From assembly GCA_965261735.1 (NCBI GenBank), contig OZ253470.1, forward strand, positions 1,152,001 through 1,216,000: a DNA stretch of 64,000 nucleotides, written 5' to 3'. The notes beneath the pieces were generated by a model. That model saw only the letters and a program-made list of their open reading frames with translations, was not told the origin of the DNA and did not search any database. Position numbers and translations under genes: made by a program. The DNA is from Alphaproteobacteria bacterium. Its GTDB lineage: Bacteria > Pseudomonadota > Alphaproteobacteria > SHVV01. Positions 56,850-64,000 of this stretch are shown here, piece by piece; position 1 is the first letter of the stretch; the number at the start of each line of letters is the position of its first letter.

Positions 56850-57314
56850 GGCGAGGTTCACCTCGAGCCCTAGCGCCCTGGTAAAGTTGCCGTTTCCGTC
56901 CGCCAGCATCAGGATCTGGCCGCCGACGTGCTGATCTCCGGCCCAGGCACACATGACGAAGGCGTCGTTAACGGCAAGGCAGGCAATCGTGTCGATTCCC
57001 TTCGCCTTGATTGTCGCGGCACTGGCGACGAACCCGGGTAGATGCTGCGCCGAACAGATCGGTGTGAAGGCTCCCGGAACCGAAAACAGTACCACTCTCT
57101 TGCCACCGAAGAGGTCGCCCGTGGAGATCGCCTGCGGCCCCTCGTCGGTCATCGTCATCAGGCTCGCCGCGGGGATCCTTTCACCAATGAGTATGGTCTT
57201 GCGAAGGCCGATCTCGTTCATCTGGGTGGTGAAGATGTTGTCGAATTGCTCCTTGCTGGCCTTGAACAATTCATCGAGTGATGCCGACCCTACGGCGCGA
57301 TTCTGCTCGGTCAT
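56850..57314 (-). pseudogene. Prx5-type peroxiredoxin, 3'-truncated, with an N-terminal extension
   Basis: PGAFTPICS..HLPGF, VNDAFVM.AW, ADGNG.FT; the C-terminal RS.RY region is missing. Confidence 0.85.
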
Positions 57315-57321
57315 CGCGGCA

Positions 57322-57849
57322 TCACAGCAGCTCGACGCATCGCGCCAACGCCCGCTCCACGGCGCGATGGAATGCCGCTTCCTCTGGATCCACGGTGGAC
57401 CTGCCGCGGGACATCTCTTCAGGCTGAATTGCGAAGGCCACACCGTCCGCGCTTCCCGTGATCTCGTGTCCATCGCCGGACGAATTGATGTGGGCCCTAC
57501 CGAACTGCGACTTGCTGATGTTTTGATCCGCCAGGATCAGTTTGCACAGAACGATGAACTCATCGCCATCGCGGCGGCGATCCGCCACCTCGTAGCGCCA
57601 CCCGTCGCCATAGCGGTCATCGAGGAAGCGCACCGTTTCCGACGATCCCACCGCGGCCGCCGAGTCGGGTTCGGTTGTCTGGGCCACGGGCCGTGCCGTA
57701 TACGGCCCATCGCCCAGCGAATTGCCCTGACGCCCTGTGCCGGCAAGGCTTGATCCTCGGCCGGCATAGAGTTCCTCGAGCCGTTCGCGATTGCGGCCCA
57801 GCATTTCGTCAAATGCCGACGAGTAGCCGGGCCGGCGGTTGGAGACCAT
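57322..57849 (-). CDS. Protein with a Rad52/Rad22-like domain
   Basis: VRFLDDRYGDGWRYEV...DEFIVLCKL...KSQFG...AVERALARCVELL follows the bacterial Rad52-like pattern; start re-called at ATG 57849. Confidence 0.55.
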   Translation of the reverse strand: MVSNRRPGYSSAFDEMLGRNRERLEELYAGRGSSLAGTGRQGNSLGDGPYTARPVAQTTEPDSAAAVGSSETVRFLDDRYGDGWRYEVADRRRDGDEFIVLCKLILADQNISKSQFGRAHINSSGDGHEITGSADGVAFAIQPEEMSRGRSTVDPEEAAFHRAVERALARCVELL

Positions 57850-57860
57850 ATGTTCTTGCC

Positions 57861-58571
57861 TCAGGTTTGGGCGCTGGGCTCGCCGCTCCACCAACGTTGG
57901 AAATCGTGCCGGGCCGTGGCCGCATAGCCGCTCGTGCCGGCCGCCCTCAGGTGCGCCATCACCTCCTCGCTTGAGACAACGTCGCCGTACTTGGCGTCGA
58001 TGTCGAACAGGTTGGCCTCGTGCGGCTCCTCGGCCCGATCGCCGACGCCATCGCGCACCACGATCGTGTGGTAGCCGCACTGCATCGAGTCGATCGCCGA
58101 CGCACGGATGCAGCCACTTGTCGTGCACCCGGTCATAACGATGGTATCGACACCGCGCGACTTCAGGTAGGCATCCACATCGGTGCCAAAAAAGGCGCTG
58201 GCGAACTTCTTTTCCACCACATACTCGCCGTTGTCGGGGGCGATGCGCTCGTCCACCTCGACCATCGGGGAGCCCCTGCGTAGGATGGCCAGCGCAGGCA
58301 CTTTCTTGATGAACATACCCGCGTCCCGAAAGTGCGCCTCATAGGCGATCGTGGTGTACACGATAGGCAGACCGCCGCGCCGGAACGCGGCCAATAGCTC
58401 GTTCGTGACCGCCAACTGATTGGAGAAATCACCACCCAAGGGCGTCGTCGGATCGGTGAACCCCCTGATGAAATCGACGATCAGAAGGGCGGGCTTGGTA
58501 CCATACCCGGCGCGGCCGGCGAAGCCTTTGTGCCGGTACTCCTCAAACGTCTGCTCTTGCCAGTCGTTCAT
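57861..58571 (-). CDS. Isochorismatase-family cysteine hydrolase (N-carbamoylsarcosine/maleamate amidase-like)
   Basis: D-K-C triad: LIVDF, KKFASAF, TTSGCIR; GGAGG RBS. Confidence 0.92.
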   Translation of the reverse strand: MNDWQEQTFEEYRHKGFAGRAGYGTKPALLIVDFIRGFTDPTTPLGGDFSNQLAVTNELLAAFRRGGLPIVYTTIAYEAHFRDAGMFIKKVPALAILRRGSPMVEVDERIAPDNGEYVVEKKFASAFFGTDVDAYLKSRGVDTIVMTGCTTSGCIRASAIDSMQCGYHTIVVRDGVGDRAEEPHEANLFDIDAKYGDVVSSEEVMAHLRAAGTSGYAATARHDFQRWWSGEPSAQT

Positions 58572-58850
58572 TTTGCACCTCCGCAAGAGACCTGAGCCCG
58601 CGACCGCCAGCCCGGCCATCGCAGCGTCGCTCGGCCTCGCTGCCGCCTCGATTTAACACCTCTTGAGGACTTCGATCAACGCGAGCAGAACCGCGGCGAA
58701 CTGGCTTGATCTCCGCCGGTTAGCCCATTATCAACAAAAGGGCAAGGGAGCCCTTCGATTCTGTGGACATCCGGGCCGCGCGATCGGCGGGAGAGACGAT
58801 CGCCGGAGTGAGTGTCTCAAGATCAACGCCAATTCGTGGGAGAGCGACCG

Positions 58851-59924
58851 ATGAGCGATGATTCCACCCCCGATCCCGCCCTAGATCCCGACCGGCAGCG
58901 GCCTCGCGCGGAGGTGCTAGCGGCAGGTGGGCCGCGCTACAGCCCGCGGCCACTGCTCACTCCCTCATCCCACAATTCACTGACCGATGCGCGGCGACTT
59001 AGGGGATCCGGCACGGAAGGCCGCAAGGACATCCTGTGTGCCTTCGGCGTCGACGTAGACGCCGTCGCCGGGTGGCTCGGCTCCTATGGCGGGGAGAACT
59101 CGCCGTGCGACATCTCGCGCGGACTGTTCGCGGGCGAGGTGGGCGTTCCGCGGCTGGTTAAGCTGTTCGACCAGCTCGGCATCAAAACCACGTGGTTTAT
59201 CCCGGGCCACTCGATCGAGACCTTTCCGCAACAAACCAAGCTGGTGGTCGATGCGGGTCACGAAATCGGCATACACGGCTACTCCCACGAAAACCCGATC
59301 GCCATGACGCCGGACCAGGAGGAGGCGGTGCTGGATAAATGCATCGACCTCATCCGCGGCGTCTCCGGGCGCAGCCCTACCGGTTACGTCGCACCCTGGT
59401 GGGAGTTCAGTCCGGTCAGCAACGAATTGCTGTTGAAAAAAGCGATCAAGTACGACCACAGCCTCATGAACGACGACTTTCACCCGTTCTACGTTCGGGT
59501 CGGCGACAGCTGGACTCCAATCGACTACGCCAAGCATCCGCGCGAGTGGATGAAGCCATTGGTACGCGGCGAGGAGACCGATCTGATCGACATCCCGGCG
59601 AGCTGGTACCTCGACGACCTGCCGCCAATGATGTTCATCAAGAGCGCCCCCAACAGCTTCGGCTTTGTCAATCCGCGCGACATCGAGCAGCTTTGGCGCG
59701 ACCAGTTCGACTGGGTGTATCGTGAGAACGACTACGCCGTGTTCACCATGACCATCCACCCCGACGTTTCGGGACGGCCGCAGGTGCTGCTCATGCTCGA
59801 GCGGCTCTACAATCACTTCATCAGCCACCCCGGCGTGCGCTTCTGCACCTTCGACGAAATCGCTGACGACTTCAAACGGCGCTCCCCACGCGATACCGGG
59901 GCGGGCGCAAAGGCCGCCGAGTAG
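58851..59924 (+). CDS. CE4 polysaccharide-deacetylase-fold protein (HpPgdA/PuuE-like)
   Basis: VDVD, HGYSHE, APWW, YDHS, TIHP motifs; start uncertain. Confidence 0.88.
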   Translation: MSDDSTPDPALDPDRQRPRAEVLAAGGPRYSPRPLLTPSSHNSLTDARRLRGSGTEGRKDILCAFGVDVDAVAGWLGSYGGENSPCDISRGLFAGEVGVPRLVKLFDQLGIKTTWFIPGHSIETFPQQTKLVVDAGHEIGIHGYSHENPIAMTPDQEEAVLDKCIDLIRGVSGRSPTGYVAPWWEFSPVSNELLLKKAIKYDHSLMNDDFHPFYVRVGDSWTPIDYAKHPREWMKPLVRGEETDLIDIPASWYLDDLPPMMFIKSAPNSFGFVNPRDIEQLWRDQFDWVYRENDYAVFTMTIHPDVSGRPQVLLMLERLYNHFISHPGVRFCTFDEIADDFKRRSPRDTGAGAKAAE

Positions 59925-59954
59925 CGGCGCGCCAAAACAGGAGGCGAGACGGAA

Positions 59955-60284
59955 ATGTGCAGCTTGTGCGGGGTGCTCGCAGGCCGGGGGCATTGGACGG
60001 AGTCTTCGAGCCATCCTGAGGCGTTCGCGGACGGCGCGCCAGCGACCCGGCGGGCGGAGCGCCAACGGCGCGCGCGCCTCGCCAGCACGATTCTCAAGTT
60101 TTACGGGCTGACGCTCCGAGATTGGGAGGGCACGTCCTATATATTGCAGGGCGGCACCGGCCGGACCCTTTTGATCGAGAATCTGACTGACCTGTGGGCC
60201 GCCGCCGACCGTATGAGCGGAAGGACCTGCGACCCGCTGGACGCCTCCCTACTGGCCGCGCTAACCGGGGCGGAACATCCATGA
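59955..60284 (+). CDS. Small MCxxCG protein
   Basis: GGAGG RBS; MCSLCG..GRGHW...CDPLD; operonic spacing. Confidence 0.75.
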   Translation: MCSLCGVLAGRGHWTESSSHPEAFADGAPATRRAERQRRARLASTILKFYGLTLRDWEGTSYILQGGTGRTLLIENLTDLWAAADRMSGRTCDPLDASLLAALTGAEHP

Positions 60285-60297
60285 CTGGCGCTCACCG

Positions 60298-61392
60298 ATG
60301 ACGGACTACGCTTCCCTCCTGCCGATCAATGTCATAACCGGGTTTCTCGGCAGCGGCAAAACCACCCTGCTGCGGGATTTGTTGCGATCGCCGCACCTAC
60401 GCGACACCGCGGTGCTGATCAACGAGTTCGGCGAAGTAGGACTGGATCATCATCTGTTCCGCCACGTCTCCGAGAGCACGGTGCTGCTCGAGAACGGCTG
60501 CCTCTGTTGCGCCGTACGCGGCGATCTCAAGTTGGCCCTGCACGATCTGCTGTCGAAGCGCGACAAAGGAGAGCTGCCCCCCTTCCGGCGCGTCGCGATT
60601 GAGACCTCCGGCCTCGCCGACCCCGTGCCCATCGCCTACACAATCCTGGCCGAACCGGTCCTGCAACACCACTTCCGCCTCGGCAACGTGGTGACCACGA
60701 TTGACGCGGTGAACGGGGCGGGTCAACTGGATCAGTTCGAGGAATCGGTGAAACAGGTCTCCGTCGCCGATCGCTTGGTGTTGACCAAGACGGACCTCTG
60801 CGGTGCGCCGGAGGTTGCGGTGCTTCGCGATATTTTGAGCCGCCTCAACAAGTCGGCGCCGGTGTTCGAGTCGGTCGCGGAGGGGATCGATCCCGAGCAT
60901 CTGCTGGCGCAGGATATTTACAATCCGGGCGACTACCGGGAAGCAAGCCGATGGCTCGTCGACCGTAGCGAACACCCGGTAAGTGCGGAATGCGAGATTC
61001 TCCACCACCACCACGACCCGGGCATCTTCTCCTTTTGCCTGTGTTTCGATCAGCCCATGGATTGGACTGCCTTTGGCGTCTGGATGACGATGCTCCTCAA
61101 CCGCCATGGCGAAAAAGTGCTCCGCATCAAGGGCATGCTCAACGTTGCCGGCCAAGCCGCTCCCGTGCTTATCAACGGGGTGCAGCACATCGTGCATCCA
61201 CCAGCCCATCTCGACGACTGGCCCGACGCGGATCATCGCTCGCGCATCGTGTTCATCGTTCGTGACATGTCGCGCCGGCGCATCGAGGCTTCTCTGGCGG
61301 CCTTCAACGACCTCGCCAATCCGCGCGCCACCATGGACGCCGAAAACCGACCCGGGCCGACCACGGCCCTCGACTCTGCCAGCGTCGGTTAA
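60298..61392 (+). CDS. CobW/COG0523 metallochaperone GTPase
   Basis: GFLGSGKTT, NEFG, GCLCC, ETSG, TKTD, HHHH. Confidence 0.95.
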   Translation: MTDYASLLPINVITGFLGSGKTTLLRDLLRSPHLRDTAVLINEFGEVGLDHHLFRHVSESTVLLENGCLCCAVRGDLKLALHDLLSKRDKGELPPFRRVAIETSGLADPVPIAYTILAEPVLQHHFRLGNVVTTIDAVNGAGQLDQFEESVKQVSVADRLVLTKTDLCGAPEVAVLRDILSRLNKSAPVFESVAEGIDPEHLLAQDIYNPGDYREASRWLVDRSEHPVSAECEILHHHHDPGIFSFCLCFDQPMDWTAFGVWMTMLLNRHGEKVLRIKGMLNVAGQAAPVLINGVQHIVHPPAHLDDWPDADHRSRIVFIVRDMSRRRIEASLAAFNDLANPRATMDAENRPGPTTALDSASVG

Positions 61393-61916
61393 GGGGCCGA
61401 GTCGGACGAAGACACCCGCGGTGGTGGCCGGCGCGGACGCCAGCCGATCCTGAAAGCGCGCACCGCGTGGTGGAGCAGGAAAAACGCTATCGCGAGAATC
61501 ACCAGCAAGATGATGGCGAGGAGCTTGCCGCCAAACCCCGCATCGATGATCGGACCACGGCTCATCAAGTGCTCGCTCAGCATCTCGACGGCTTGCAGAG
61601 TGGCGCCGCCAAAAAAGATCAAGGCTATGAGAATGGCTATCTGTAGGGTATCGAAGACGAGCCCTTCGACCTCAAGATCAGTGGCGGCCCGGAAGATGTT
61701 TCTGCGGAAGGATTGCCAATGGGAGACCGCGTAGCCGATCACCCCGACGAGCGACGCGAACCAGAATATGACGTTGGAAAAATGGATGCGCGGAATACTT
61801 TGGGTCAAGTAATCTTCGAACGGCCGATAAAAATAGAGGAAGATCAACAGTATGACGAGACCAACCAGGATGATCCAAAACCTCGGCCGCTGCCAACTGG
61901 TGCTGTCCTGTGCCAT
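61389..61916 (-). CDS. Four-TM hypothetical membrane protein
   Basis: Four hydrophobic helices; start uncertain. Confidence 0.7.
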   Translation of the reverse strand: MAQDSTSWQRPRFWIILVGLVILLIFLYFYRPFEDYLTQSIPRIHFSNVIFWFASLVGVIGYAVSHWQSFRRNIFRAATDLEVEGLVFDTLQIAILIALIFFGGATLQAVEMLSEHLMSRGPIIDAGFGGKLLAIILLVILAIAFFLLHHAVRAFRIGWRPRRPPPRVSSSDSAP

Positions 61917-62261
61917 GATGAGCGGGGCCGCTCCGTCCCGGGGGTTCCAGTAGCTGCTTATCGTCTCGGCGCACCTCGGGCAAGCCAAAAAACGGCTCTC
62001 GCCAACCTCGACCTCAATGCACTGCGGTGAATCCGTTCTCACGGAGCCCGCGCGGACCGAACGCTGGTGTGGCTACGGCGGAGCCGGCGGCGGCATCGAC
62101 CCGCAACCTCGGGCTTAGCTTAGGCGCCGGCTTGACTCAGCCTTTCAGCTACCCAAAGAATGGGAGTTGGGCGGAAGGATGGGCGTAGTCCGAGGGAACG
62201 GGGACGGCATCTCGGTCGATTCCCGGCGCTGCCGCGTGAATTTTGGTAACAAGGAAAGGCC

Positions 62262-64000
62262 ATGAGCAGCCGCCTCGGCATTGATGTGGGTGGGACTTTC
62301 ACCGATCTCTTGCTGTTCAACGAGAGTAGCGGCGAAATCCACCTGCTCAAGACGCCGTCCACGCCCGAAGACCAGTCGGTCGGCATTCTCAACGGCGTCG
62401 AGCGGCTGATCGCCCAATCGGGCATACCCGCGGCCGAGATTCAGACGGCACTCCACGGCACCACGGTATCGACAAACATCGTGCTCGAGGAAAAAGGCGC
62501 CAAAGTCGGCCTGCTGGTCACGGAAAACTTCGAGCAGGTGCTGCATTTGGCGCGGTCGCAGACGCCGGGGCCGCTGGCCGGTTGGATCATCATGATCAAG
62601 CCGGATCCGCTCGCGGATCTGGAGTTGACCCGTGGTGTCCCGGAACGCATCAACGCGCGCGGCGAAATCCTCAAGCCGCTCGATGAAGCCTACGTGCGCA
62701 CCGCCATACCGGACCTCATAGAGGCAGGCGTGGAATCGATTACGGTATCATTACTCCATTCCTACGCCAACGCCGCGCACGAGGTACGGATCAAGGAGAT
62801 CATCCAGGACCTGGGAATCGAGGTGCCGGTTTCGCTGTCCAGCGAAATTCTCCCGGAGTTTCGTGAATACGAGCGGACTCTGGTCACGGTGATGAACGCC
62901 TACGTGCGGCCCAGCATGCGCAGCTATCTGAGGAACTTCGAGGACAAGTTGCGCAGCATCCAGTTTTCGCCCCATGTGAACATCGTGCGCTCCGATGGCG
63001 GACTGATGAGCGTGGAGCGCGCCTCCGAGTCCCCCGTCTACACGATGTTGTCCGGGCCGGCGGGCGGGGTTTCGGGTGCCGCTTTTCTCGCCGCGCTGGC
63101 CGGGAGCCCCAATGCTCTCGGTTTCGACATGGGTGGCACCTCGACCGACGTTTCGCTGATCCAAGATGGCCAACCGATGATCTCGCGCCAGACCTCGCTC
63201 GGCTATTACCCACTGAAGGTGCCCTCCGTCGAGGTACACAGCGTCGGCGCAGGTGGCGGCTCCATCGCCCATGTGCCGATGACCGGCGCTCTGCGCGTCG
63301 GTCCCGAGAGCGCGGGCGCCGCGCCTGGCCCCGCCTGCTACGGTAGGGGCGGCGACCAGCCCACGGTGACGGACGCCAACGTGGTGCTCGGGCGCTTGCC
63401 GCCGAGCCTGCTCGGCGGCGACATGGCGCTGGACGTCAAGGCGGCCGAGGAAGCGGTGGCGAAGATCGGGCGCGCCCTTGGTCTCGACACCTACCAGGCG
63501 GCTCAGGGGATTCTCGATATCGTCAACGAGAACATGTTCGGGGCGCTGCGACTGGTATCGGTGCAGAAGGGTCTCGATCCGCGGGACTTCGCGCTCGTCG
63601 CCTTTGGCGGGGCGGGCCCCCTTCACGGCAATGCCATGGGCGCGCTCGCGCAGTGCTACCCGGTGATCATCCCCCCGACCCCTGGAGTGCTCTCGGCCCT
63701 AGGGTTTCTCTACTCGGACGTAAAGAACGAGTTCGCCAAGACGTTTATCCGCAATCTCAACGAAGTGCATGCCGGCGATGTGACGGAAATCTTGACGCGG
63801 CTAGGCACTGAGGCGACAGCGTGGCTGCGCGAGGAAGGCATCGAGGAGCGAAGCCAGGAGCTGCGCTTCGAGGCCGACGTGCGGTATTTTCGCCAGGGCT
63901 ACGAGATCTCCCTTACCGTGACCCCCAGCACGTTGGTCAATGGCGGAATCCAGGATATTGAGAATCGTTTCGGCGCCATCCACGAACGGCTGTATGGTTT
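62262..64000 (+). CDS. Hydantoinase/oxoprolinase A subunit (runs off the window)
   Basis: Manual translation MSSRLGIDVGGTFTD...HGTT...SGPAGG...DMGGTSTD...GAGGGSIA. Not in the ORF track. Confidence 0.95.
   Translation, partial: MSSRLGIDVGGTFTDLLLFNESSGEIHLLKTPSTPEDQSVGILNGVERLIAQSGIPAAEIQTALHGTTVSTNIVLEEKGAKVGLLVTENFEQVLHLARSQTPGPLAGWIIMIKPDPLADLELTRGVPERINARGEILKPLDEAYVRTAIPDLIEAGVESITVSLLHSYANAAHEVRIKEIIQDLGIEVPVSLSSEILPEFREYERTLVTVMNAYVRPSMRSYLRNFEDKLRSIQFSPHVNIVRSDGGLMSVERASESPVYTMLSGPAGGVSGAAFLAALAGSPNALGFDMGGTSTDVSLIQDGQPMISRQTSLGYYPLKVPSVEVHSVGAGGGSIAHVPMTGALRVGPESAGAAPGPACYGRGGDQPTVTDANVVLGRLPPSLLGGDMALDVKAAEEAVAKIGRALGLDTYQAAQGILDIVNENMFGALRLVSVQKGLDPRDFALVAFGGAGPLHGNAMGALAQCYPVIIPPTPGVLSALGFLYSDVKNEFAKTFIRNLNEVHAGDVTEILTRLGTEATAWLREEGIEERSQELRFEADVRYFRQGYEISLTVTPSTLVNGGIQDIENRFGAIHERLYG

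Overview
High-GC bacterial DNA, probably Alphaproteobacteria (inferred from an Irr-type Fur regulator and alpha-type IS elements). It has three zones. (1) 1-20.2 kb is an intact catabolic cluster: two divergent Rieske oxygenase alpha subunits plus one beta subunit, a family-5 ABC importer, an LLM oxidoreductase, two amidohydrolases, an alpha/beta hydrolase, an NrtS-like/PAS protein, hydantoinase/oxoprolinase A+B and two tandem MmgE/PrpD paralogues. (2) 20.7-56.9 kb is a dense IS graveyard: two IS256 types with 3 copies each, IS1595 x3, IS630 x2 plus a fragment, IS5, an ISKra4-like element, and IS3, IS66 and IS1380 remnants. It holds many split or truncated genes (prsT-like, mazF-like, sbcD-like, csp, virD4, umuDC, HU, MIP, Prx). 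A few genes remain intact, notably irr-katG with a candidate Irr box and promoter, and a GDSL autotransporter. (3) 57-64 kb is a second amide/lactam-hydrolysis cluster: isochorismatase, a Rad52/Rad22-like ORF, Prx5, a PgdA/PuuE-like deacetylase, a small CxxC protein, a CobW GTPase and hydantoinase A. Best leads: the Rad52-fold ORF in a metabolic operon, the NrtS-PAS protein without an output domain, the irr-ICE-katG(-MIP) module, and a 25-bp flanking duplication on an IS256 copy whose sister has a normal 8-bp DR. No rRNA, tRNA or CRISPR array was seen. All family calls come from motif recognition by eye; no database searches were run.
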